Assembly: GCF_006345805.1 (NCBI RefSeq)
Contig: NC_043010.1
Location: 54,312,001-54,376,000 of the forward strand
Direction: 5' to 3'
Length of the DNA stretch: 64,000 bases
DNA from: Octopus sinensis
Lineage: Eukaryota
Part shown: piece by piece, positions 1-12,930 of the stretch
Layout of the letters: each line of letters starts with the position of its first letter
How positions within the stretch are numbered: position 1 is the first letter of the stretch
Translations under genes and position numbers: made by a program
Notes under the pieces: model-generated
What the model saw: only the letters and a program-made list of their open reading frames with translations
Database searches by the model: none
What the model was told of the DNA's origin: nothing

Positions 1-1500
1 GTCGGAAATTGATTTGGACCACCGCGTATGGAGGATGAATGCTTTCTACGACAACCACATCGCACGCTGCGAGGTTGCTGTCAACGTAAACCAATCTTCT
101 GACAGGGTTCAAGAACTAGCCCTTACACACATATCTATTTTACCATGTGCACTCATCTTCCATTTCCCGCATGCCAAATAACAGCCGTTCGACAAGCTGT
201 TGTTTGCAATGAAAATGTTACAAATGCCTGGTCACTAATTGTGTCCGTGAAGAACAATTTCGTTGAGCAGCGCACAATTTGAGTTGGAGATACTGACAGC
301 ACTTGCATGCCTGTGGAGCTTACAATGAAGCTGCCCTAAATCTCGCACAATTCAGAAAGAAAGGCAGAAACTCCGGATTTTCGGAGTAACAATGATACAC
401 ATAAAGCAAAGCTTGTGCCCAGGTTTTAGGCTTTTAAAAATCGTCCATATCTTAAAACTCGTATGCATTGTCTTAAATAAACTGGCATGCCATATGTCCT
501 AGTCAACTGAAAATGCTGTATACATCCTAGTTAAAGTGACTACTTATGTGTTCGAAAATTTATGCTGCAGCTGCCAAATGAGTCTAAAAAACAGTGATCG
601 CATTTTGATGAACCATTGTTTTTCAACATATTTAATATGATATTCCATACATTATGACTGGGCAGAATCCCAGTATTTTCTTTACAGCTGTGAACTTCGA
701 AAACAAAACAAAGCTGTTCCCGACAAAAGCGCAGCTGTTTTTCAGCACTTAACACTATATAGGGTGAATATAACGCAAAGAACATTGGTCAAAAGAAAAG
801 TATAAATACAATCCGATCTATGCCCACCGTAGCTGCTATAATACCGATGTCTCTTTTGATTTTATGTCTATTGCAAGGCTTTATGCGAAAGCTACAATAA
901 AACTTATTATCATGAGTCGTGTACCTGAGCAAAAATCTCTAGTTCCATCGCGCTGTGTACTGGAACACCAATATATAGACGCATCATTGAGAAATAAACA
1001 ATAGCCATTATGTTTCGATGATGAGGATTTCGCTTCTAAACCTCCTTCGTTCAATTAGACTGATTCCTTGCTATTTATCAAAAAGAATAATTCTACATGC
1101 CCAAAGGGCAGCATATGTATGTCGCCGGCTTATCAGTATTCTCTTCAACAAATAGAAATCCAGTAAGGCTACTTACGATATTCCTTTTTCATTTTCCACC
1201 ATTTTCCAATTTGTTTAACAAGTTTAACAGTTTACCAATTAACAAAGAATTCAGCGGTGTTCTTCATGCTGTTGAAGCTCAGAATTTTTGTGTAAGTAGT
1301 TTAACTGCTCTGTTTCATTTGTACTTTTTCAAATCTAAGTTTTATATATTTTAACATGTTGCTATAGTCGGCAGGGTCACCAGCGTTGCTGGTGTTACAG
1401 GTTCTGTTTGTTAGACTAGTGGTGGATATATTTCGCTGTTAACAATCTTTGTATCACGCTAGCTAACGCTCAGCATTCAGCTGCTAACACAATAACACAG
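1..1500 (-). mobile_element. Possible highly degenerate non-LTR retrotransposon (APE endonuclease-like remains)
   Basis: Broken minus-strand frames give MQVLSVSPTQ...FFTDTISDQAFVTFSL (~170-300), resembling the Q.V..PTH...SDH.LV.F end of CR1/L2 endonucleases. Many stops; the similarity was judged by eye only. Confidence 0.25.
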
Positions 1501-1824
1501 TAAGTTTCAGATTTTGGAGTTTGTGTGTTAGAAAGAATTTGTATCTTCGTGCTGACGTGTGTGAAGAAGTTGCAGTGATCAAAAACAAAATTTTCGAAGC
1601 AAAATATTTTAGAAATTTTCAATTTCCACTCGACTGCCGTTTGGCTCATGAACAAAACAAGCAACTACAATAGTGTCATTGTTAAGTGTACACAACTGAT
1701 TCCAGAAAACGACCGATACGTGACTTCTGGATGGTTAGCCACGAGTAACGATTATAACATTAGCAGCACTAGCACCAGCGACTAAAAGACCACAACAATA
1801 ATAATATTAATAGGCAATTCCAAA

Positions 1825-1883
<59 letters not shown>

Positions 1884-1897
1884 GTAATAATAATAAC

Positions 1898-1946
<49 letters not shown>
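1825..1946. repeat. Compound microsatellite (TAC)n(TAA)n
   Basis: Direct reading. Confidence 0.97.
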
Positions 1947-3232
1947 GGTTTAGGCTAATTTAGGCCAATCACACGCACACACACGTTTCTGTAGTTTCTT
2001 TCGGAAGAGGTAATCTCTCGAAGTTAAATTTGTAAAAGTTGAGTAGACGCTGGTTGTTTTGCTTTTAGATAGTTATATCCATTGACACTGACGGCGTAGA
2101 ATGCTTTCCCTTTAAAGGAATATGCCGTAATATTTTTTAAATGGAGGAGTAAATAATTAGGTCGTTTCTAAATTAAAAAATTCTGTTGGAAATAATGTAG
2201 TAAAAGTGTAGTCGCCTAGAAAATATCTACCTCGCATATTCTAGTATGAATCGGCTGTCTTATGAAATTGTGACTGAGATATTTGAAAATATGCACCCAT
2301 TGTCAAACAGTGATATTTGAAATGTGGTTTCAGGTTATGATTTCACTGAAAAAAGACATTTTATTCAGACGACATATTATTCAGACTCAAATACGTTATT
2401 TTGTAACCTAACAAAAGTAATCCATGATACGTGAGATTGATGTAATAATAGCCATGTCACTCGATGCATAAAGGACCGTCAACTTCCGAACGATAGGCAA
2501 CCAAGCTATTCAGGACAGAATCTTCTACGAAGATACAAGATGTGCTAAAATATGCTTCACAAACGGCAACCATGCTTTCTGGGTATTCTATGAATTCTGA
2601 CAGATGTCACTGTTTCACGCGCATACGAACAATTGAACACCCACGGCATACCACCCAGTCCACAGTGGAGTGGATGCTTTCTACAAGTAACCAAAATAAG
2701 GTGATCCTACCTCCGAAGATGGCACATTGTCAAGATACAATGATCTTGCAGAAATGAATATTGAAAATCAGGCAATGCTAACAATTTTTATTAGAAGTAT
2801 TTATTCTAGGATATTAGGAGACACTCCTTATAACTGTGTTACAATTCGAGCGTGTTTTTTATATTTATTATATCAATGTTTTGTTTTACCCCGCCATATA
2901 CCACAAAATTTATATCGTTCGGTATTTGATTTGTCTAATCGAAACCAAGAATTATCAATCCATTATCCTGTCATTTCACATAATAATAAACATCAACTGT
3001 TTTGCTTCTTAAATATAAATTACGAGCAAAATTGCCAACTGAAATCTCATAGCGATTCTAAATAAATTTTATGCATTATCTGTAACTTGAAATCTGTTAC
3101 TGCATAATAATTATGTTAACAGAAGATTTCAAACAAATCATTATCTTTTTCAAGAAGTAAACACAATCATAATGTAACTTACACACACTCACAAATATAC
3201 GTATAATCTTAAATATACACACATACGCTTAT

Positions 3233-3235
<3 letters not shown>

Positions 3236-3296
<61 letters not shown>

Positions 3297-3317
3297 ATAT
3301 ATATATATATATATATA
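3236..3317. repeat. Compound microsatellite (CT)n(AT)n
   Basis: Direct reading. Confidence 0.97.
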
Positions 3318-3872
3318 TGAAACTATTTTCTAGGACAATGGTTTAAATTCCAATTTGCTTTATTTTTTTATTCTTTTTCTTAAATACATACATACATACA
3401 TGCATACATACACACATACATTATCTTTTTAGTTACTCGTTTAAATGTGTTTATATATTTTTACACTGTAAACTTTATATTCCTTAATCATTTTATGCTC
3501 GGGGAGGAATGCACTGAATATCTTGTAAAACAAATATTTATAAATGGCGACGTGGTTTCAAAAGAAACAGTCGTATTTATATATGTATTGTTGTATTTAT
3601 GTCTGAGAAAATGGCTGACCGTTAGACAGGAGAGACACACAAATCAGAAAGAAGAAAGCAAAGGACTACTGATGAGGTCACAGAAGTGTGACAAAAGAAC
3701 TCTGGCCGAAATAAGATTAAGATTAATATAAACAATATATAAAGCTGAAGCAAATTAACACCAAATATATAGTGCTTGTGTTTTTATTGGCTAAACTGGC
3801 AATATAAACATTCCTAAATACAACAATATCTGTTTCAACACACGATTTCTCATCAAGAATCTTGCAAAACAA

Positions 3873-3910
<38 letters not shown>

Positions 3911-3945
3911 AATTATGTATGTATGCATGTATGTATGTATGTATA

Positions 3946-4660
3946 TTGGGTTGCCAACTAAGTTCCCGCCGTTTTTATTAAATTTTAAAGGACTAATAAA
4001 TAATAACAACTAATTATTCAACTTATTCCCATCGTTCAACATTACCTCGTTGATAAAAGTAACACGATTTCGACTCGAAAAAGTGACCAAACCAAGCTCT
4101 CAATTCTACATCAGTATTGAACGAATCTCCACGCATAGCATTTGAAAGAGATCGAAAGAGGTGAAAATACGTTGGTGCCAAATCAGGAAAGTGCGGCGGG
4201 TGTAGCAGCACTTCACAGCCATGTGTTTGAATAGATTCTATGGTCATATTGGTGATATGAGGGCGGGCATTGTCGTGCAGCAGAAGAACTCCATGCTGCT
4301 GATGAGGTATTTTTTTCTTGAATAGCCGTGTTGAATTGTTCCATCTGTTGAACATAGAGTTCCACATTGACCGTTTGGTTCCGTTCAAGCAATTCGTAAT
4401 GTATAATCCCTTCTCAGTCCCACCATACGCACAACATCGTTTTACGCGGGTGAAGATCTTGACTCACGCGCGGTGTTGCTTGTTTACCAGGGCTAAGTCA
4501 TTCCTTACGCTGCTTCATATTGAGGCACAGGGACCATTTTTCGTCGCCATTCAAAAATGATTCAAAAATAGATTTCTCGAAAAAAAATGGATTCTAAAAT
4601 TTAAAAACGCAGTAAATTCCAAAATTTTAAGAAACGGCGGGAATTTAGTTGCCAAACCAA
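3946..4660 (-). mobile_element. Internally deleted mariner (DD34D) transposon, catalytic-domain half only
   Basis: TIRs TTGGGTTGCCAACTAAGTTCCCGCCGTTT (from 3946) and AAACGGCGGGAATTTAGTTGCCAAACCAA (to 4660) with TA on both sides. Minus strand encodes GDEKW...KTMLCVWWD*EGIIHYELL...LLHDNARPH...HPPHFPDLAPTYFHLFRSL with stops and a frameshift. Confidence 0.93.
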
Positions 4661-4712
4661 TATATGTTTGTGTGTGTGAGTGTGTATATATATATGCTTG
4701 TGTGTGTGAGTG

Positions 4713-4750
<38 letters not shown>

Positions 4751-4765
<15 letters not shown>

Positions 4766-5104
4766 TGTGTGTGTGTGTGTGTGTGTGTATCTTGTGTTTG
4801 TGTGAGTGTGTGTTTACTTTGGTGGTGCACTTGTCAGGCAAATGATGTAATCTGACACTTGATGTTGAAACTACAACGACTAGAGTGAGGAGAAACATAT
4901 TAAATATTCAAAAGCACAAACAAAAGATAACATCAGTTTTTATTTTGTGTCAAAAATTTCGTCGATCGGACTTCCATTTAGCTACTGACACGAATTGCTT
5001 GCAACTCAATACATACATACATGCATGTATACACAAACATACATGCATACACAGATTGACAAACGCATACACAAACACACACACACACACGCACACACAC
5101 ACAA

Positions 5105-5137
<33 letters not shown>

Positions 5138-5305
5138 CGACGGGCTTCTTTCAGTTTCCGTCTACCAAATCCACTCACAACTATAGCAGAAGATACTTGC
5201 CCAAAATGCCACTCAGTGGGACTGAACCGGAACTATGTGGTTGGTAAAGAAGCTACTTACCACACAGCCATACTTGCACCTCTCTCTCTCTCTCTCTCTG
5301 TATAT

Positions 5306-5360
<55 letters not shown>

Positions 5361-5677
5361 CTTGTGTTTGTGTGAGTGTGTGTTTACTTTGGTGGTGCAC
5401 TTGTCAGGCAAATGATGTAATCTGACACTTGATGTTGAAACTACAACGACTAGAGTGAGGAGAAACATATTAAATATTCAAAAGCACAAACAAAAGATAA
5501 CATCAGTTTTTATTTTGTGTCAAAAATTTCGTCGATCGGACTTCCATTTAGCTACTGACACGAATTGCTTGCAACTCAATACATACATACATGCATGTAT
5601 ACACAAACATACATGCATACACAGATTGACAAACGCATACACAAACACACACACACACGCACACACACACAACACAC

Positions 5678-5708
<31 letters not shown>

Positions 5709-5849
5709 CGACGGGCTTCTTTCAGTTTCCGTCTACCAAATCCACTCACAACTATAGCAGAAGATACTTGCCCAAAATGCCACTCAGTGGGACTGAACCG
5801 GAACTATGTGGTTGGTAAAGAAGCTACTTACCACACAGCCATACTTGCA

Positions 5850-5882
<33 letters not shown>

Positions 5883-5890
5883 ATATATAT
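4751..5890. repeat. Tandem duplication, ~570-bp unit x2
   Basis: 4791 CTTGTGTTTG... recurs at 5361 and 5138 CGACGGGCTT recurs at 5709. Non-microsatellite sequence is identical; junction lies in (TA)n. Confidence 0.93.
5138..5281 (-). mobile_element. SINE-A, 5' half (duplicated at 5709-5852)
   Basis: Matches the 5' half of the full copy at 20806-21215, with an internal deletion; ends at the internal microsatellite. Confidence 0.85.
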
Positions 5891-6619
5891 ATATATATAT
5901 GTTTTGCATGCATATATATATACACGCACATACGTACATACACACAAACAGACCCTTTCTCTCACATACATGCACACACACAGACACACTCACACATGTA
6001 TACTGGAAGAGGTGCTGTAAACTCTCTTCCCCTGAGGAAAAGAAAATAGTGTTAATTATGATTATATCCAATGCATTCCTCTCTCTGGTTAACACAATTA
6101 TGGCAGAGGTCCTTCAGTCTTTCTAATCCTGTAAAAGAAGTCGAAATTTTGGGACTCCTTTTATAGGTAATTTCTACCGCACATTTTTCTAGCTTCAAAT
6201 AAGCAGTAGAATTCCATAGTGACAGTCACTCAACCAAAGTATACATTTATATTATCGAGCTCTGGTTCTTGTTGATACGTAGTAAATTTCTTTTTACCGC
6301 AATCATATCCGTTTGTCTATTCTCCAAAATAAAAAATCAAATTTATCTTATACATCTTAATCTGTTATCATCATCATATTTGTATTCGAGACGCTTTATA
6401 AAATTAATGACTCACATCAGTGTGCATTGAAAGATGCTTCATCTTCTCGACTACACAAACGCGCGCACACAGATAATATGCATTCCTAGTATAGGCACAA
6501 GTCCTGAAATTTTGGAGTGTAGGGTCGTAGATTGCATCAATTCCAGTGTCCCATCGGTGCGTATTTTATGGACCCCAGATGGCAAAAATCGACCACGGCG
6601 GAATTTGAACTCAGAATTC

Positions 6620-6790
6620 GGCTGTGTGGTAAGTAGCTTGCTTACCAACCACATGGTTCCGGGTTCAGTTCCACTGCGTGGCACCTTCGGCAAGTGTCTA
6701 CTAGTATAGCCTTAGGCTGACCAAATCCTTGTGTGTAGATTTGGTAGACGGAAACTGAAGGAAGACCATCATATATATGTATATATATAT

Positions 6791-6824
<34 letters not shown>

Positions 6825-7692
6825 AATTTAACAATTAAGGAATGGCCTTAATAGGCCATTCGTCCACTAGAAAGAGCAGCCATGACTCAAACCGCTAAGT
6901 AGTAGTAATTCAGAAATTAGGTGAAAATTTAAAAACGTTTACCCTAATTCATCTTTAGACGATGCATCGTTTCAGTGTTTTTAATGGTAAACTAGCTTAA
7001 TTAAATTAACTTAAGTCAATCTACCATAGGTTACACTTCATCAGTAAAGAAACCAGGAGAGACGGATATACACGAGGCGTCTGTATCAATGCCCTCGGAA
7101 TATCTGCCTTAAAATTTTCAAGACCATCGTATTCGCGCCAACTTATCAGCAGTAAATATAAACTGCCGATTCAATCTCAGAATTAGTCAGAAAATCATCA
7201 ATTAATCAATTTAGGGTAGCAAAAAATTCAATAGAAATTTATCGCTACCAGCGGTCTAGTGGGAAAGAGAAAATAGTCAGAGACTAAATATATAAATTTA
7301 TCGCTGGTAGCGATAAATTTCTATTGAATTTTTTGCTACCCTAAATTGATTAATTATATATATATATATATATAATATATATATATATATATTATATATA
7401 TATATATATAAATATATATATAAATATATATATATGTGTGTGTGTGTATGTGTGTGTGTGTCTGCGTGTGTGTGTGTATGTTTGTGTGTCTATGTTTGTC
7501 CCCACCCAATATCGCTTGACAACCGATGCTGGTGTATTTACATCCTCGTAACTTAGTGGTTCGGCAAAGGTGACCGGCAGAATAAGTACTATGCTTACAA
7601 ATAATAAGTCCTGGGGTCGATTTGCTCGACTAAAGACGGTGCTCCAGCATGGCCACTGTCAAAGGACTGAAAAAGCAAAAGAGTAAGAGAGT
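6620..7692 (+). mobile_element. SINE-A copy split by a ~530-bp insertion in its internal (TA)n tract
   Basis: 5' half 6620-6823 (GGCTGTGTGGTAAGTAGC...GGAAACTGAAGGAAGACC) and 3' half 7356-7692 (TGTGTG...CGCTTGACAACCGATG...CCAGCATGGCC...AAAAGAG) are collinear with the full copy. Confidence 0.85.
7200..7355. repeat. Perfect 54-bp inverted repeat (arms 7200-7253 and 7302-7355)
   Basis: Arms are exact reverse complements; the right arm abuts (TA)n. Confidence 0.95.
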
Positions 7693-7844
7693 AAAAGGGA
7701 AAGGGCAAAATGTTGCTATATATTTTGTCCGTCGTGTTAATCTTTGTGCCAGATCGCCGCCTTTGTATCTTGTATCTCTGTATCTTGTATCTATCAAATA
7801 ATGGCTTCAACGTTTGCTACAATGCTAAATCGATGACATCAATA

Positions 7845-7977
7845 CCAGTGTTCAACTGGTATCGACCACGAAGGAAGGATGAAAGGTAAAATCGATCTCG
7901 GCAGCGTTATTTGATTTCAGAAATCGCAGACAGACGAAATACCGCGAATTATATTGCCGGACACTTTTTACGATTCT
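7845..7977 (-). mobile_element. Old degenerate SINE-B copy
   Basis: GGATGAAAGGTAAAATCGATCTCGGC...GACAGACGAAATACCGC matches the B body and head. Confidence 0.65.
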
Positions 7978-8909
7978 TATTTCTTTATAGCCTACAAGGA
8001 GCTAAACATAGCGGGGTCGAAAAAGGACAGACAAAGTGATCAAGTCGATTACATCGACACCAGTCCGTAATTAGTACTTATTTAATCGACACCGAAGGAT
8101 GAAAGGCTAAGTCGACCTCGGCAGAATTTGAACTCAAAACGTAGCGGCAGACGAAATACCTATTTCTTTACTACCCACAAGAGGCTAAACACAGAGATAA
8201 CAACCAAGGACAGACAAATGGATTAAGTCGATTATATCGACCGCAGTGCGTAACTGGTACTTATTTAACCGACTCCGAAAGGATGAAAGCAAAGTCGACC
8301 TCGGCGGCGGCAGACGAAATACCTATTCTTTTCTACCCACAAGGGGCTAAACACAGAGAGGACAAACAAGGACAGACAAACGGATTAAGTCGATTATATC
8401 GACACCAGTGCGTAACTGGTACTTATTTAATCGACCCGGAAAGCATGTCGACCTCGGCGGAATTTGAACTCAGAACGTAACGGCAGACGAAATACCTATT
8501 TCTTTATTACCCACAAGGGGCTAAACACAGAGCGGACAAACAAGGACAGGCATAGGTATTAAGTCGATTACATCGACCCCAGTGCGTAACTGGTACTTAA
8601 TTTATCGACCCCGAAATGATGAAAGGCAAAGTCGACCTCGGCGGAATTTGAACTCACAACGTAACGCAGACGAAATACCTATTTCTTTATTGCCCACAAG
8701 GGGCTAAACACAGAGAGGACAAACAAGGACAGGCAAGCGGATTAAGTCGATTATATCGACCCCAGTGTGTAACTGGTACTTATTTAATCGACCCCGAAAG
8801 GATGAAAGGCAAAGTCGACCTCGGCGGAATTTGAACTCAGAACGTAACGGCAGACGAAATTACGCTAAGTATTTCGCCCGGCGTGCTAATGTTTCTGCCA
8901 GTTCGCCGC
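7978..8909 (-). mobile_element. SINE-B head-to-tail array, 5 units, one complete head
   Basis: Units start at 7978, 8161, 8324, 8497 and 8680 (183, 163, 173, 183, 230 bp). Pol III A-box-like TGGCAGAAAC occurs only in the 8680-8909 unit; B-box-like GAGTTCAAATTC occurs in the units. Confidence 0.92.
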
Positions 8910-9597
8910 TATTATAGCTATCAAATGATACCAGTGAAATACTTGTGTTTCACTTCGATGACAATAAATAAATTCACTGCTCTATCTCGGACGTACATAT
9001 ATCATTAATCGGCGTTATATATAGCACTACTATTACTTCAGCAGCGCTCGCTGTAGCTATCATTATCGGAAACTAAATCACATTCACCACCACTATCATT
9101 ATTACATCCATTATCAAGACACACAGCCATTATAAACTCCAATAAAACAAAACAACAGCAGCAGTATCACTATTAAAGTGTCTACTAACCATATTACCAT
9201 TATGACAACAACCATAGTTCATTGATAATAGCAGCGTTCGATAGTGTGCTTATGTGAACAGACCGAATTAATTCGTACGACGTTGATAATATATTTCGTA
9301 CAAATGTAATTAATGTTAATGCTGGATTGTTATACGGTTTATATATTTATTTGTTTATTTATTGTTTCGTTACGAACTTTTATTTTTATTTATTTATTTA
9401 TTTATTTATTTTATTTTATTTTATTTTATTTTTTTTTATTACGTTCCCATTGTCTGAAACAAGAATTTCACAGTCAGTGATTCACAGACTAATAAATATT
9501 ATTAACGTCACATACGGCAAATACTAGATATAACTATACAGACACGAACTAACAAAACATACACACATATGAGATCGCATACACACACAAATACAGG

Positions 9598-9640
<43 letters not shown>

Positions 9641-9707
9641 TATATATAATAGCAAGTTAATAAATAAAACATGCATACATACATACATATATGTACATAC
9701 CTACTTC

Positions 9708-9767
<60 letters not shown>

Positions 9768-9962
9768 TGGGCAAATAGACAAACAGAAGATGCATATCTA
9801 TATTTCATGTATATTTACAACTTTGAAACTTATGTCCGCGTTTGAGAAGATATATATGCACACACACATGTGTATAAACTCTACAGATTTAAAGAGAGAT
9901 ATTTTTTTCTTTATGCATAATGATATATATATATATATACATATATATATGTGTGTACATAC

Positions 9963-10014
<52 letters not shown>

Positions 10015-10297
10015 TGTACATACATATATATAATTAAATAATATATATATATTTATATACACACAACATATTGCATATTGAGGAAAGCTCTAATGCAGAA
10101 GTTGCGGCATATGTTATTTGTAACTTTATCCTGTGACTATGAAATTTCGTCAAATGCATTGTAAGTTCAAAATGCTTTTAAAAGACATTAGGTAGTCGAC
10201 ACCTCGATAGCGCGTTGCCACTAATGTTACTCGCCATGTCAGTCTGCCTCCTTTTTTCTCTGTTTTTCCTGCTGAACGGAACGACACATGAAATACC

Positions 10298-10713
10298 TAT
10301 TTCTTTACTACCCACAACGGGCTAAACACAGAGTGGGACAAGCAAGGACAGACAAAGGGATTAAGCCGATTACATTGACCCTAGTGCATAACTGGTACTT
10401 ATTTTATCGACCGCGAAAAGATGAAAGGCAAAGTCGACCTCCGCGGAATTTGAACTCAGAACGTAGCGGCAGACGAAATTCCTATTTCTTTACTACCCAC
10501 AAGGAGCCAATAACAGAGGGGACAAACAAGGAGAGATAAACGGATTAAGTCGATTATATCGACTCCAGTGCGTAACTGGTACTTATTTAATCGACCCCGA
10601 AATGATGACAGGCAAAGTCGGCCTCGGCGAAATTTGAACTGAGAACATAGCGGCAGACGAAATAACGCTAAGCATTTCGCCCGGCGTGCTAACGTTTCTG
10701 CCAGCTCGCCGGC
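10298..10713 (-). mobile_element. SINE-B array, 2 units
   Basis: Units 10298-10482 and 10483-10713; same junction type as the 7978 array. Confidence 0.9.
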
Positions 10714-11149
10714 TTGATAATTACATCGATATTAATAATGATGCATTACCATGTGTGGGTACTTCAAGCCACATCAAGGTCTTTGAGTTTTCATCCATTT
10801 TCTTTGTTTATTTGCAAAAGTAAACTAATTGAAATACGTAAGGCAGAAATTTTATGGCTCCCTTAAGTGTTTTCCAGAAAATGTATTGTATTATTCTTGT
10901 GCTAATTAAAACTTTAATTGGAAGAACTCATTAACTTCTAAAATTTCGAATAAAGATCGAGAAAGTAAAATAAAATTATTAACGATGATATACGTGTCAG
11001 TCTAATGAACATTTAAGTAATAATTAACAACGGAACAGCATTAATATTATGAAGGAATATTTTCCATGAAAAACCTAAGTCATAGAAGGACTAAATATAA
11101 TAGGAAGTGTTCCATCATGGTCGCTGCATTCGCGTTGTAGCAAGTGAAG

Positions 11150-11429
11150 GAATAACAGAATACTCTCTTCTCTATTACACTTTTACTTGTTACAGTCGTG
11201 TGACTGTGGCCATGCTGGAGTACGCCTTCAGTCAAGCAAAACGACCCCTGGACTTATTCTTTGTACGCCTAGTACTTATTCTCTCAGTCTTCTTTGCCGT
11301 ACCGCTAGGTTATGGAGACGTAAACACTCCAGCATCGGTTGTCAAGCGATGTTGGGGGGGGACAAACACAGACACACAAACACATACACACACACAAACA
11401 CACACACGCACACACACAAACACACACAA

Positions 11430-11476
<47 letters not shown>

Positions 11477-11670
11477 ATATATATATATATATACATATAT
11501 ATATACGACGGGCTACTTCCAGTTTCTGTCTACAAAATCCACTCACAAGGCTTTGGTCGGCCCGAGGCTATAGTAGAAGACACTTGCCCAAGTTGCCATG
11601 CTGTGGGACCGAACCGGGAACCATGTGGTTGGTAAGCAAGCTACTTACCACACACCCACTCCTACGCCAA
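11150..11670 (-). mobile_element. SINE-A full copy with expanded internal (CA)n(TA)n
   Basis: Reverse complement matches 20806-21215. Confidence 0.88.
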
Positions 11671-12444
11671 GTTAATTTTAGAATGAGCACAAAATCAATC
11701 ATTACGATAGTTGCAAATTCTAAAGTTGTCGTAGCGGTCGTAAAACTGCCATTAGCAGTTGCGTGAGGTGAGTAATCGAGCGATTAGTGAATGAAGCCGT
11801 CGAGCGTACATATAATCCATTATCCGATACTTAATACATAAATCCATGTAAGCTTGGAAGTTAAGAAACTCGCTTTGCATCCATATGATTTCGAGTTCAG
11901 CCCCATTGGGCGGCAACACGTAACAAGTAATGAAAAAGAGGAAGAAATATAGAGATGGATAGAAACAGAGATACAGAGAGATATATAGAAACAGAGATAG
12001 AGAGAAATAGATAGAAACAGAGATATATAGAGAGAGATAGAAACAGAGATAGAGAGAGATAGAGTGGGTAAATTAGTGAGAGAGAGAGAGAGAGAGAGAG
12101 AGTGGTATATGATTTAAGAAACAAAAAAGACCTGTATTCAACGGTGTAGTCCTCCTTTCTAGTAAAAATTGTTTTATCATTGGTAATACGGTAAGAAATT
12201 TTGATCTCAAATATCTTCATGGCCACACTTTTTCTGTCCGTGTGTGTTTTTTGTGCTTGATTGATAAAGCAAAATTTACGCTCGAGAGATAACTGAAGTT
12301 CAATAGGGATCACATATTTCCTTTAAAATCTAGTTTTCTATAAGCTACAAACATAAGAAAGATGATGTTTCGGATACCTAAGTCTACCAGGGTGGTTCAC
12401 GTATATTTTATCTATGCGAATATAATCGAATGTGTGTTGAAGAA

Positions 12445-12770
12445 GGGTGGCGTCTCGGATAGGGCATTCGGCACACGATGGTAAGATTGTGAGTTCGAAT
12501 CCCGCCGGCGCGTCGTATCATTATATAAGAAACTTTATTTCAAGTTGCGCCACTCCACTCAGCTGACAAAAATAAGTTATGCCCGTATTTCAAAGAGGGC
12601 CAGCCTTTTCACATTATGTATTACACTTGATTCACCCTGAGAACTCCGTTAAGTGTACTCGCTTGTGTGGGGTACTTAGATACCCGCAAGTTAATTTCAG
12701 GTGATGACTCTTCTGCCGGTCGGATCAACTAGAACAAACATCGTGGTAACCGACAGCCTGTCGGTCTTTT
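12445..12770 (+). mobile_element. Old tRNA-headed SINE sharing its 3' tail with SINE-C at 17252
   Basis: B box GAGTTCGAATCCC; tail GTATTTCAAAG...GAGAACTCCGTTAAG...GGATCAACTAGAAC...GTAACCGAC aligns to 17458-17625. Confidence 0.65.
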
Positions 12771-12774
12771 AAAA

Positions 12775-12930
12775 GGCGGCGAGCTGGTAAAATACATAGC
12801 ATGCCAGCAAAAATGGTTAGCGGCATTTCACCCATCTTTTTCCGCAGAATTCGACTTTACTTTTCCTCATTTCGGTATCGATAAAATGAGTACTAGCTGA
12901 GTATTGATGCTGGTGCAATCGACTTAGACA
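12775..12930 (+). mobile_element. Degenerate SINE-B copy
   Basis: Starts AAGGCGGCGAGCTGG...TTAGCGGCATTTC...GTCGATAAAATGAGTAC. Confidence 0.65.

Noticed and set aside
2498-3065. Adjacent ORFs; FYEDTRCAKICF faintly resembles a Cys-loop receptor motif
   Set aside because: Cysteine spacing is wrong, the frame has several stops, and there are no other family motifs.
3662-3730. CTGATGA...GGCCGAAA hammerhead candidate
   Set aside because: Stem II can form, but no stem I partner or valid NUH cleavage triplet in type I or type III topology.
7978-8909. CRISPR-like or satellite-like regular array
   Set aside because: Units are whole SINE bodies with no unique spacers; eukaryotic context and no cas genes.
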